Shown here: piece after piece, positions 38,520-51,832 of the stretch | How the letters are laid out: each line of letters opens with the position of its first letter | Numbering within the stretch: position 1 is the stretch's first letter | Made by a program: the position numbers and the translations under genes | Assembly: GCF_006345805.1 (NCBI RefSeq) | Contig: NC_043000.1 | Coordinates: forward strand, 101,928,001 to 101,992,000 | Length of the DNA stretch: 64,000 nt | Source: Octopus sinensis | Taxonomy: Eukaryota | Direction of reading: 5' to 3' | The notes under the pieces: generated by a model | The model's database searches: none | Told to the model about the DNA's origin: nothing | What the model saw: the letters and a program-made list of their open reading frames with translations, nothing else

Positions 38520-39940
38520 GAAAATACATTAAATACTACAAAACGTACACACTAGACAGACACAAGGACCCTAATCCTTCCTCAGTTATCGACCAAAAAT
38601 ACTAATACCCAGTTTCGTGCCTTTAACAATAAGACTGGGAACTTCGTATATCAGCGGCACTCGTAAGATTTGCGTAGTATTAGGGCTCGAGCGAACAAAA
38701 CAATAAAGGGTGGACGTACAAAAGTAAATAAATATAATTTGAGACGACAGACGAAAACAATAGATAAAGCTTTACGGTCAAACACGAGAATGATGGATTA
38801 ACGCCTGGAAGAAATCTTCAAATGAAAACAAAAACAGAAAATCAGTCACGTGTGGGAAGCAGATAGAAGGAAAGGAGGATGAGACAGAACAGAGAGAGAG
38901 AGGAAGCTGGGATGCTAGGAAAGGAATATTAGGACAAGAGTCGCAAAAAAATATATACAAACTTACCGTTAACAAAAGTTGAGATGTGTGGCGTTCAGTT
39001 ATTGTTGTTTGTTCCTTCTCGAGCCACGCCTGGCTCATAAGGGCCGGTTTCCCGGTTTCCTTGGCGTATAGGTTCCCCACCTGGACGGACACCGGTCCAT
39101 CGCAGGAGAGCTGCAAGAGGAAAGAGTGAGAGAAAGTTGTGGCGAAAGAGTCAGCAGAGGTTCACCATTACCTTATGCCGGAGCTGCGTGGAGCTTAGGT
39201 GCTTCGCTCATAAACACACACATCGCCCGGTCTGAGATTCGAACTTGCGATCCCCCCGACCGCGAGTCCGCTGTTCTAACCACTAGGCCATGTGCCTCCA
39301 CCGTTCAGTTATTCCATATGAACAATGCATTAAATACTACAAAACGTACGCGTAGAACAGACACAAGGATCCGACTCCTTCCTTAGTTATCTACCAAAGT
39401 TACTAATATCCAGTTTCGTGCCTTCAACATAAGACTAGGAACTTCGTATATCAGCGGCACCCGTAAGATTTGCGTAGAATTACGGCTCGAGCGAACAAAA
39501 CAATACAATGTGGACGTATGAAAGTAGACAAATGTAATTTGAAACGATAGACGAAGACAATAAATAATGCCTTACGATCAATAACAAGAATGATGGATTA
39601 AGAAATCCTCAAATGGATATAAAAAGAGAAGTAGAAAGAGAGGAGAAAAAGTAGACCAGCACGCTAGGAAAATAAAGACACCAACAACAAAAGGCAGAGA
39701 AAATAGAAAATCAGTCACGGGTCACGTGTGGGCAGCAGATAGAAGGGAAGGAGGATGAGAGAGAGAGACAGTGAGAGAGAGATAGAGGCAGTGAGAGAGG
39801 GGGAGAAAAGGGAGAGAGTTGCAAAAAATATATACAAACTTAATCCATCATTCTCTTGTTTGACCGTAAAGCTTTTATTGTCTTCGTCTATTGTTTCAAA
39901 AATCGGGATGCGTATCGGTCAGTTATTCCATTAGTGAAAA
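38520..39940 (+). repeat. Old tandem duplication (~500-600-bp unit) with SINE in unit 1 and inverted 60-bp insert in unit 2
   Basis: cattaaatactacaaaacgtac...ggaacttcgtatatcagcggcac...ggctcgagcgaacaaaacaata at ~38525 and ~39328. Confidence 0.88.
39004..39300 (-). mobile_element. tRNA-derived SINE type C with 12-bp TSD
   Basis: Reverse-complement head ggaggcacatggcctagtggttag, B-box-like gttcgaatc; cgttcagttatt at 38992-39003 and 39302-39313. Confidence 0.9.
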
Positions 39941-39964
39941 ATGCATACACACACAGACACATAC

Positions 39965-39993
39965 ATACAGACAGACAGACAGATAGATAGATT

Positions 39994-40046
<53 letters not shown>

Positions 40047-40047
40047 T

Positions 40048-40098
<51 letters not shown>

Positions 40099-40146
40099 AT
40101 AGATAAATAGATAGAAAGATAAATAGATAGATAGATAGAAAGATAA

Positions 40147-40224
<78 letters not shown>
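39965..40224. repeat. (GATA)n microsatellite
   Basis: Direct reading; source of LSIY ORFs. Confidence 0.97.
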
Positions 40225-40225
<1 letters not shown>

Positions 40226-40405
40226 CACGCATATATATACGTACAGATACACACCGATATAATTGTCTATGTGTATCTTAACTGCTCCGTCATTTCTTTT
40301 AGTTCTGCTAATGAAACGGTTACCACCATTTCTATTTCTTTCCCCCCAATCTCCAAACTTTTCATCATCTTCATCTTACATTTCTCTTCTCTGTCTCTCT
40401 CTCTC

Positions 40406-40455
<50 letters not shown>

Positions 40456-40681
40456 AGTTAAACCCTATCTTCCACCTCTTCCTGCTACCCTCTAAATCTA
40501 AAAATAAAACCGAGATTCTCTAGACAAGTTGTTAGTGTCGCTAACAAACTCACCCCTCTTTTCAAATCATCTTCCTCTTCTCCATCTCCGTCTTCTCAAC
40601 CTTCTAGCTCTTTTTTTTTTTTGCTTCACACCTTTCCTCCACTGTACCTTCTTTCTGTCTACCTTTCTTCTTTACGCCACA

Positions 40682-40728
<47 letters not shown>

Positions 40729-41392
40729 ACGTTACAGTTCAATGGATGCATGCATCAAGCTTCTGAAATTGTCTCATTTACAAGCTATAACAATAGACAG
40801 CTAATTGTTCCACTTGACTTTCACACACCCACACACACACGTGTGTGCGCGCGAGACGTTTGTGTATGTTTCGCCACACACTAAGTCACACACACAAACT
40901 CACACATACATACATCCGAAAAAAACAAACCAGTAACAAGTATACGCTCATAGACAGGAAACACTATGCGTCTTTAATGTCATGCGCAGACATGAGTGTA
41001 CACACATAGAAGTACAAATAGACGTTCACAGGTGCATTCGCACACTGGAAACTGCATATACACATATGCATACATACACACATACACACATGCATACATG
41101 CATACATCTCTACCTATTTACATATTTGTGTATATTTGTGCATATTTATCTGTATATGTATGATGTACGTGTATATGTGTGAGTGTGTATGTATGTATAC
41201 GTGTGTGCATATCCAGATATATGTACACATATACATGCATATATATGCACATTTTAATATTCGCATATACTCACGTTTCAATGCCTATATACATACATAC
41301 ATACACACATACGTATAATACATATTAATCAATACATATACCACCATAACATAACAAAGCAGCATGCAAGCGCACGTACATACATATATACA

Positions 41393-41394
<2 letters not shown>

Positions 41395-41475
<81 letters not shown>

Positions 41476-41480
41476 GTATA
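41395..41480. repeat. (AT)n microsatellite
   Basis: Direct reading. Confidence 0.95.
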
Positions 41481-42206
41481 TATGTACATACACGTATGTG
41501 TGTGTATGTATACACATGTAAGCAGATAGATTCACGCAGATTTGCAATCACACAGAAACTTGTACATACATTTATATGTACAGACATTATCAGTTATCAA
41601 ATATTCTTACGACTTTTTGCTTTGGCACTTTATTTTGTTCAAAATTGTAATGGTTTGTTTATTTGCTGTCTATTCTTTTACATTTAACTCCACTCTCTAG
41701 CTAGCGTTAGCGTTGTTGCTCTTGTCGTTCCAGTTAATATAATTTTGTGGACTAAAATTTTCTGGCAGTTACTTAACTAAAACGCAGCCATTGTATAAAA
41801 ACGAAGGACACAATGGAAATTTCTTATAAATTACGAGTGATTATTTTACATGCACACACACTCTCACACACGTAATGAAGACGAAGTTCGATTTATACTC
41901 GCTGTTACATACACTCAAACACATAATAGGAACCGATTCTCTGGTATACTAAAGACATACGCACACATGGGCACACACACACACATGCGCATGCGCACAC
42001 GCGTAGACACTTTTATAGTGGAACAAAATAAAGTTTAACGTAAATAACTTGATATAATCTGTGTCAGTTTCTATTAAGCAAGCCGTCTGTGAAAACTGTG
42101 TAATATGAAGAATATAGGGGGAACGAGAGATGTGATAGTTCGTCTTTTCTTCTGTTTTCGGTGGTTCTGTGGTTGATTAGTTAATTGGTTATTGAGAGGG
42201 GAAGAA

Positions 42207-42249
<43 letters not shown>

Positions 42250-42357
42250 GAGAGGGAGAAATAGAAATGAGAGAAGGAGAAAGAGAAGTGAGGGAGTGAG
42301 AGATATGAAGAGAGAGGAAGAGAGAGTTTAGTGTTGGTGGAGTGAGGAGAAAAAAAA

Positions 42358-42545
42358 ACGGCTCGGTGGCAGAATCGTTAGCACATCGGACAAAATGTTT
42401 AGCAGTTTTTCTTCTTGCACTTTATCTTCAGAGTTCAAATCCCGCCGAAGTCAACTTTGCCTTTCGCCTCTTCGGGATCAAGAAAATAAAATACTATTCA
42501 GGTACTGGGGTCAGTGTGATCGACTGGACCCCTACCCTCAAAATT
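42358..42545 (+). mobile_element. SINE type B
   Basis: tggcagaatcgttagcacatcggacaaaatg...cgccgaagtcaactttgcc. Confidence 0.8.
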
Positions 42546-42759
42546 GATTCAGAGGAACGTTGTTACTTTAGTGACTTATACGCCATGGAAACCGAGTGAC
42601 CGGCGTTATAGTTTTAGGGCTCGAGATTTTAAAAAAGTCAGGAAGAAGACGCAAATGAAGTGTTGCAATTACGGATGTAAAACAGCGAATTGAATGAAAG
42701 TTTCGAATAAGTTTGTTGAACTTCCGTATCAATGCTCGTTGGTTCGTATATTGGTTTCA

Positions 42760-42970
42760 AATTTTGGCACTAGGCTAGCAATTTCGGCGGGGGTGGGGGA
42801 GAGCGCAAGCCGATTACATCGATCCCAGTGCCTAACTGGTACTTATTCATCGGCCTTGAAAGGGTGAAAGGCAAAATTCGACCTCGGCGGAATTTGAACT
42901 CAGAACGTAAAGACGGGCGAAATACCGCTAAGCATTTCGCTTGGCATGCTAACCATTCTGCTAGCCCGTC
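42760..42970 (-). mobile_element. SINE type B
   Basis: gacctcggcggaatttgaactcagaacgtaaagacgggcgaaataccgctaagcatttcgc. Confidence 0.85.
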
Positions 42971-43059
42971 ACCTTCGTTGGTTCGTATATTGTCAATGGC
43001 TTGGCACTATGTCGTATATCCATGGTAAAACGTTGTAAAAGTGTTGAGAGTTACATTAT

Positions 43060-43395
43060 ATTCGCCATGCTGGGGCAGCGCCTTCAAGGGGTTAGTCAAA
43101 CCCATCAACCGGAGTCCTTTTTTTCTGTTTTGTGAAGCTTGGTACTTATTATTTCGTTCGCTTTTTTACAAAATCGCTAATTTATTGGGACGCACACAAA
43201 TCAACACTGGTTGTCAAACTGTGAGGGAAGATAAACACAAAACGCACATAAAAATAGATATCGAAATATTTATGAACACGATGGACTTCTTTCCTTTTCT
43301 GTCAACTAAATTCACTTGCCCATCGTTCCACGCGCTGGGAATGGACCCAAAACCATGTGGTTCGGAAGCAAAATTACCACACAGCCACGCCTGTG
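43060..43395 (-). mobile_element. SINE type A
   Basis: gccatgctggggcagcgcc...aaccatgtggttcggaagc...accacacagccacgcctg. Confidence 0.8.
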
Positions 43396-43469
43396 TCTGA
43401 ATGTTATGGAACACTTAGAAAAACAATGAAAAATGGAACAAGAAAAAAAAAAAAAAGAAACCCTTACTA

Positions 43470-44800
43470 TTAATATTTTGTGAACATCTCTTTACTATCA
43501 ATGAACTCCTGACATCTGTTACCACAGGACTGAATTAATTACTTGCAAAATGATGGAGTAATATTGTTCCATTCGTTTTTCAATAATTCCAAGAGTTCAT
43601 CTTGGTTCTTTGGATTACTCCTTCGTGCCCCATCTCCAATAATCTTCCAAACGTTTTCTATAGAGTTGAGATCGGTATTTTGAGGTGGCCAGTCTATGAG
43701 ATTAACCCCTTCATCACTCAAAAAATTCTTTGACTCTCTTCGCAGTGTGACAGGGAGCGTTGTCCTGCATGAAGATAGGAGGTTGAACTGACGAGGATCG
43801 GAAATGTGGCAGGGCATGCTGTCTAAGAATCTTCTTGTAGATTTTAGCATTGACAGCCCCTTGTAGGCGAATAAGTGGACCAGGACCTGCAGCAGAGATC
43901 ACTCCACATACCATTATACTGCCGCCTCCGTATTTCACTGTCTTTTTCACACATGCACGAGATAACCTTTCGCCACTTTATCGGACGTACATCATGCCAT
44001 CGTAACCACTCACATTAAACTTCGATTCATCGCTAAAATGAACCTGCGACCACTGTTCTTCTATCCAAACGACATATTCGTGAGTGAAACGAATTATTGA
44101 TTCTTCTTGGAGATCAGAAGTTTCTTTGCTGGTGCCCGAACAAGCAACTCAGAAACCTGTAAGCTCCGAGAAACTGTTTTGCGTAATACGCTGACATCGA
44201 AAGTGGAGCTAAACTCGCGGGATATCTCAGCAGCACTCTTAAATCTATCCTTCAGTGACGTTCCAACCATAGTACGATCTCGTCTTGGTGTAGTTCTACG
44301 ATGTCTACCAGCTTAGCTTTGGCTTTAGCATCTGTCGATCTGATGACTTAAAACGAGCTACAATTCGTTGCACAACACTTCTAGACATTGCTACAGAATT
44401 TGACTTGCCCTCCTGGTGAAGAGATACAATCCTTTGTTTTGTTTTTTATCACCTGACACCAATCGTTTCTTACAAGCCGCTATGTTGACAGTTGAATGTA
44501 AGATCATAAGAAGTAACTGTTAGTCCATTAACAATCTTCTAAACAACAAATACCTCGGTTAGTAGTTCATTTTTTCTAAGTGACCCTTAACTTTTGGCCG
44601 CTGCAATATGGGAGATTGTTTGTTTATTTCCTTCCATTCACTTGAAATTTTCACGAAAGATAGATATTAGATATATCTAACTATATCTAACTTGAGACTA
44701 GATATCTAACATATCTAGTATCAACATGTTGTTAATCTTCTATAATAACTATTTCAATATATTTGTTCTTACTTACCCTTATATTATGACCGCTACTGTA
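43470..44800 (-). mobile_element. Tc1-family DD34E transposon fossil
   Basis: FSDESKFN, KYGGGSIMVCG, FMQDNAPCH...DLNSIEN (34 residues D to E after one frameshift), C-terminus ...MFTKY*; 5' terminus tacagtagcggtc; 3' inverted repeat not found. Confidence 0.92.
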
Positions 44801-44942
44801 TATATACACGCACGTGTATATCAGATATCATATATGCATGTATTATATACTTATATATGTAAGCGTTGATTTGTGGGTTCGATTCTGGCTCATCATTTTC
44901 TAGTCAAATGTTTATATATAAAAAGTCGCTTTCAATCGGAGT

Positions 44943-44983
<41 letters not shown>

Positions 44984-45033
44984 ACACACACACACACACA
45001 CACTCACTCACTCACTCACACACACAATCACAC

Positions 45034-45068
<35 letters not shown>

Positions 45069-45280
45069 TATATTAAAAAAATTTCTTCATACAATCAAAA
45101 TATCTGAAACTAATTTTTCCTATATTAAAAATTATTAATTATATTAAAACATCCTTAAAAAGCACATTACCACACACTTAAATCCAGTTTTTTATGACTT
45201 TTAATATAACTACAAATTTAATAATTTGAGTGAATCAATGTATCTATGTATATTTATACATGCGTAGACGCACGAATATA

Positions 45281-45648
45281 TACGTGGTCTGATCAATAAG
45301 TATCAGAACTGTTGCCATAGTAACGAAGCTAAAGCAAGCAGCATAAAGCCGGTCGGCGTAGATTGACCTTGAACTCTGTTGTGCATGCGCACTATGTTTC
45401 AACGTTCTTGCTCACTTCCGCTGTTTACTGCAGTGCTTGAAAGGAAGGTGTGTAGTATGTGAACGTCGCATTGACCATGACATAAAATTCAGTCAACTGT
45501 GAATAAAGATTTGGATATGAGAGGTATCGCCATGACAAACGGATGCACAGCAGAGTTTAAGGTCAACCTGTGCCAAGCGACTTTACTCTATATGCTTTAG
45601 CTTCGTTACTATGTCAACAGTCCGAATACTTATTGATCAGACCTCGTA
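45281..45648. mobile_element. Mariner-derived MITE with ~108-bp imperfect TIRs
   Basis: tacgtggtctgatcaataagtat...catagtaacgaagctaaagca mirrored at 45540-45648; TA termini. Confidence 0.9.
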
Positions 45649-46269
45649 CGATATTCTCCAATTTGATAACTAGTGATCTGAACACAATACATAACATGAA
45701 ATATTTTCTGCTGTTGTCCTACACCTTAACGAACCAATGTTTTTTAGGAGTCAATATAACAGATTGTTGACTTTTAGGTTATGAGTTCACATCAGATCTC
45801 GGGAGCAGAAATTATTTATGATATAATAAATCTTGCATCACTAACACAAGTTATTCCACCACCATTACTACCCGATATATCTTATTTCAAAGAACCAATT
45901 AGGTCCACACAGCAGTTTTTGTCATCTTTCGTTAAATCAAGTGTTTGCTTTGATATATTTGAAGCTATTGAATCTAAGAAGTTACAATTTCTTTTGTGTC
46001 GTTGATTAACTAAGCGCAATAAAATGAAAATAATTTTTTTCAATTGGTACTTCATTAAGAAGTTCAGAAATATGTTAGCTGAGTTACGAATTATATGGAA
46101 AAGGATATCGGTTATAAGCTAAACAAAACGATATCAGTTACACAGGAAATGATGTCAGTTACACAGAAAACGATATCAGATGAAAAACGCAACGAAATTA
46201 AATATTAAAATATACGCATACAAAAGAAATACCTTTGTAGACATAATTGTATAGCAATACAGTTTACTT

Positions 46270-46700
46270 TAGCTGATATTGGTGATAATAATGGTTAAGA
46301 ATTTAGGAAATTTTGAGGGGCGGATCTTAGTCGAAACCATTGACTCCATTACATTGACTAGTACTCGTGTTATCGTCTCGGCACGGATGAAAGCTAAAGC
46401 TGACCCGGATAGAATTTGAACTAAGCATAAAAAACCAGAAGGAATCCGCAAAGCATTTCTTCCGATGCTCTATTGAATTTGCCAGTTCGTCAATGACGAT
46501 AATTGTTTAAAATTTTAGCGCAAGGCCAGGAATTTTGTGGGGAAAGTGTCAGTTGATTGCATTAACCTATTACATGACTAGTATTTTATGTTATCTACCA
46601 TCAAATGATGAAAATTAAAGTTGACCTCGTCGGGATTTGAACTCAAAACCTATAAAAATGCCGCTAAGCAATTTGTCCAACGTGTTAACGATTCTTCCAG
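46270..46700 (-). mobile_element. Two adjacent diverged SINE type B copies
   Basis: aatttgaactaagc...gcaaagcattt...ccagttcgtc and gacctcgtcgggatttgaactca...ccgctaagcaattt. Confidence 0.7.
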
Positions 46701-47739
46701 CTGAAACTCTTATATTGGTGATAATAGTTCAGACCTGTAAAGAGAAGAAACATTCTCTAGGGTCAGGGCGTTGGATTCGTGGGTTTGATTTCATGATCGT
46801 GCGTCTCGTAGTGTTTTTGATTGAGCAAGGTGGTTAATTTCCAATTACTCTAGTTTATTATGGTAAAAGACACTTGCCCAAGATGTCACGTCATGGAATC
46901 GAACTTAAAACCCATGTGGTTTCTAACCAAAATTGATAACTCTTCAACAATACATGCGTTATGACAACTAAACTTACTGACGCACAGAAAATCCACTCAT
47001 CCAATCCAGGACTGCTTTAGCAAGTACTATACAGAAACAATCTATTTCTTACTAACGCGATCAAATTAAATAATGTCCTGTGTTATTTCCGGTAATTGTC
47101 GACAAAAAACAAGATATTGGTAACTGACAATAATCTCTCACCTCCTAATATCTCTAGTTATTGCTCCCCTATATTAAATATATTAGCACTAATATGCTAA
47201 CAGAATGAAATATTTTACTACATTCTCTCGAGAAGGACTTGAATGTTGCAACTTCAAGTGCATAATTGACACTCTACAATCATAAAATACTCTACAATTC
47301 TATATAATGTTATATTAGTTTATAAACTTGTAAAAGGAAAAAGGGAGTACGTGATACAAAGATACATTTTTTTTATATATGTGCGTGTCTATGTGTGTGT
47401 AGATGTGGATATGTACATGTGCATATACATATATAAATTTTTTGGAGAAGATAAAAATTTCCGTTTTCAGTACTTTACATTCGAAAACGGAATCGTACTT
47501 ATAGTGATTTATAAAACTTGGATGGAATACATCTTTATATCAAAAATTCAAATAATAACATAATAATAAAAAATATGATAAAAGATAATAAAAAATATGA
47601 TAAAAATAATGATATAGAATGTAAATGTCGTAAGATATAAGAACATGAAAACCGTGTATGCGTGTGTAGCTATAAGTATTCAAGGGAGAATAAACAGAAT
47701 TTGGATGTAAAGTACTGACAGCTGAAATTTTTATCTTCT

Positions 47740-47791
<52 letters not shown>

Positions 47792-47805
47792 GTATGTATG
47801 TATAA

Positions 47806-48165
47806 TCATTTATTCGCTTCAGTCATTAAGCTGCAGCTTTGCTGGGTCAGCGACTTGGTCGGATTTAGTCAAACAAATCTATCCCACTACTTATTTTTCC
47901 ACCAGTCTCTTTTGCTAAACTACTAAGCTACGGGGATGTAAACCAAACCAACACCGGTTATTATGCGGCGGGGAGACAATCACATACACACACACATACA
48001 TATAAATACGACGGGGTTTTTTCAGTTTCCGTCTATGATATCTACTCACAAGGCTTTAATCAGGCTGAGGTTATTGTAGAAGACACTTACTCAAGATGCT
48101 ACGCAATGGGAACGAACCTGGAACCATTTGGTTGGGAAGCAAACTTCTTATCACACAGATGCAAC
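47806..48165 (-). mobile_element. SINE type A
   Basis: taagctacggggatgtaaacc...cagtttccgtcta...gaaccatttggttgggaagc. Confidence 0.8.
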
Positions 48166-48563
48166 TATATGTGTTTGTGTGAGTGACAGTGTGTGTGTAT
48201 TATATCAAAATGCACAATTTTGTACGAGAGTATATATACAGGTATGTTTGCGTATAAATTGCATAGATTTAAAATATCACAATTTTCATAGGATTTAATT
48301 ATATTTTAATATGATTAAGTTAACATTTAATACAACCTTTAATAAATCTAGCACCATAAATCTAATTGCATATCTCAATCTCGTTTACAATGCATTATAT
48401 TTTCTGTAAAAATGCTATGGTTTGTATTGTTATGTATGTATTCAAAAATATACATCAACTTCTTTCTTAAGACATCACAACGTGAGTTTGTAATATAGAG
48501 TAGTACAGCATACAAAACATAATTGAAAAATATTGATGGCGATCTATGTTAGCAAGCCTTGTA

Positions 48564-48872
48564 TTATTTGGAAAAGCGACGGAAAGAGTATGGTGGAATT
48601 GGTGCGGGGAGTGGAAATCCAACGTTTTGGAAAGAATCCGTCATCAAACTGAAAATGACAAGAGGGAAATAAATGAAGTACAGTAACGCTTTACATGCTT
48701 TATAATAATAAAAAAAAAAATTGGCTGCAACGGATAGGAAACGCAAGACAACGTGATTTTGCAGGCGTAATGATGAAGTAGTAGAAGAAATAAGCGAGGC
48801 GAGATAGGAAGAGAGAAACATGCAAAGAAGAATAGGAACAAATTGGTGAGGTAGATGTCTTGCGTTCCCCAT
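48564..48872 (-). CDS. Candidate coding/exonic segment of unknown product
   Basis: Non-repeat 102-aa ORF with hydrophobic N-terminus and a strong internal acceptor ttccctcttgtcattttcag; no recognised homology. Confidence 0.2.
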   Translation of the reverse strand: MGNARHLPHQFVPILLCMFLSSYLASLISSTTSSLRLQNHVVLRFLSVAANFFFYYYKACKALLYFIYFPLVIFSLMTDSFQNVGFPLPAPIPPYSFRRFSK

Positions 48873-49270
48873 TAATTATAGCCAGTTTCTCAAAAAAAAA
48901 AAAGAGGATGTAAAATTCTGCTGTGCATTTTTTTTTATCTCTCTTCTGTCATCTTTAGCCTGAAGAAGAACTCTATCTGAAACATTGCGTGCACAGAAAC
49001 TATACTGAACTCTTTCTGTCGCTTTTTCATTTGAGAGTGTAACTGTATATGAAAAATAACGAATAGCATGATTTGGAATAGAAAGAGAAGGAAATAAAGC
49101 AATAAAATTTTGCATAAGTCTTTTGTTATTATTTTTCAGTAAAATAATCTCTGAATCAATAGTCATACAAAAACTATCGATCTTTTAAACAAACATAGAA
49201 TTGTGACGATCACTCCTCACACCGATCGAATGCAAATAACGGATTCCCCTTAAGCAATGCTTCACTTTCT

Positions 49271-49501
49271 TTAACCCTTTAACCCCACGAATACGCTTTA
49301 GCGGGAACGATTTCGTTTGATTATACTCCCGGAAGACTTAAATGCGGGCATTTAGCGTTTACGGCTGAAAATATCGATGTTTCTGCCAATTAGAAAGCCT
49401 TAACCACAAGACTGTGCCGCCACTAGATTTTGCCCTTTTCACAAGTATAGTAAAATGAAACTATCCCCGCTAAAGCATATTCGTGGATTGTAAAGGATTA
49501 A
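49271..49501. mobile_element. piggyBac-type MITE, second family
   Basis: TTAA-ccctttaaccccacgaatacgctttagcggg ... cccgctaaagcatattcgtggattgtaaagga-TTAA. Confidence 0.8.
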
Positions 49502-50257
49502 AAAAGGAAGGATAACGTTGAACTGCGTTGTCCTGGATACTTTATCGGAAAAATAAGACTGGATGGTCGTAGCTTGGGACTCTTTTGAAAGTGGGTTTAC
49601 CTGCTCAACAACAACAATCATGGGAGCAGCAGTAACAACAAAAATAGCAGCAGCAACAAAAACAGCAGCAGCAACAGCAGTAGTTGTTTTGTTGTTTAGT
49701 TTGAATGAATAAAATAACTCAAACAGAAATTCTCGTGATATTTCTCACATTGTGATTATGAAACACTCACCTTAAAATACGATAGCAAGATTTAATAAAT
49801 AACCTAACAATCCTGAAATATCTTTGGAAAAACTGGCATTTTTCCATCCCAGTAACTTGGAGCTACCCGAATCAAGAACTGGAGAAATAAAGAGAGATAT
49901 CCCAAGACATAATACGTAACTATATCTTTCGGCAGAATCTATTTTTCATGTCAAGGCAATTATCTTTTAACTTGTACATGGCTTTCAGTTGATACGTCGA
50001 GTGTTTCTCTTCCAAGTTTCTCCAGAACTAAATTTAATTTTTCCATTTTCTCTGAGGTTACAAAGAATAAAACTTATTTGAAGTTGTCCAAGAATTTCCT
50101 CAGGATATATATTTTTCTTCAAATGTCAGAACGAGAGTGTAATATACTTCTACATATCTTAGCACTATATATACTCTTCTATTCTTTTACTGGTTTCAGC
50201 CATTGGAACCCAGCCATACTGGAGCACTACTCTCAAGGGTTTTTAGTTGATCATATA

Positions 50258-50305
<48 letters not shown>

Positions 50306-50369
50306 GTATAGATCCCCCATACACACACACACACACACACACATATATATGTATATATATATATACATA

Positions 50370-50905
<536 letters not shown>

Positions 50906-51152
50906 ACATGTATGTTGGTGCAAAGAGGAAAAGTACAATTCATAATATGATTATATGTATATTTTATTAATATTTAGCAGAAGTAACAGAGTGACTCACG
51001 GTGCCAATGAGCGAAACTCTCGAACCTTGAGTCGCTCTGTTAGTTCTGCTAAATATTAATAAAAATATCCAAATACACACCACACACATACACACACAGA
51101 CACAGACACAGACACACACACACACACACACACACAACACACACACACACAC

Positions 51153-51211
<59 letters not shown>

Positions 51212-51441
51212 GAGAGCGAGAGAGATAGAGAGAGGGAGACGAGTAGTTAAAAAACTTGTTTCCATGCGTGTTGAATGATCAATCGTAATATATAAACTAT
51301 CCTGTCTCTGTGTGTAACCTCAATGCACGCTCAAACTTCTGGACCAATCTGTACCATACTTGGGGTACTTGAATAATTTGATCTTGGAAAGACTATGTTC
51401 TTGATTTATTTATTTATTTTTAGTAAAAATAAATAATATTG

Positions 51442-51832
51442 CGTAAAGTATACTAGCCATCTCAATATGGCTAACCACTAAGGGTGGGTGTTACTGTAGC
51501 TTTTAGCCCCAGAAGATCATCGTCTCCAGCTGGCTTTAGGCACACTTTCTGTGCCCTTATGGTATTTACAAAGGGAGGTCATCCCTTTCTCGTAAACCTA
51601 AGTGATACGCACGGACTGCAGTTTCGAGGTATTTGCCTCTTGTCAACGTACGGCAATCACCGATTTTCGATTAGGGGACCTGTTTGCAAATATCTATATA
51701 ATGTTTTTCCCAGTAACTTCCGTCACTGATTTCAAAAAACTGTCTGCAAGCAATAATAAATCTCTGAACGAGATGTAAACAGTAACCGCTCGACAACGTA
51801 AAGTATACTAGCCATCTCAATATGGCTAACCA
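51442..51832 (+). repeat. Perfect 36-bp direct repeat flanking 319 bp
   Basis: cgtaaagtatactagccatctcaatatggctaacca at 51442-51477 and 51797-51832. Confidence 0.9.

Noticed and set aside
49605-49685. CAG/CAA run resembling a polyQ exon
   Set aside because: No flanking open frame or splice sites; simple trinucleotide repeat.
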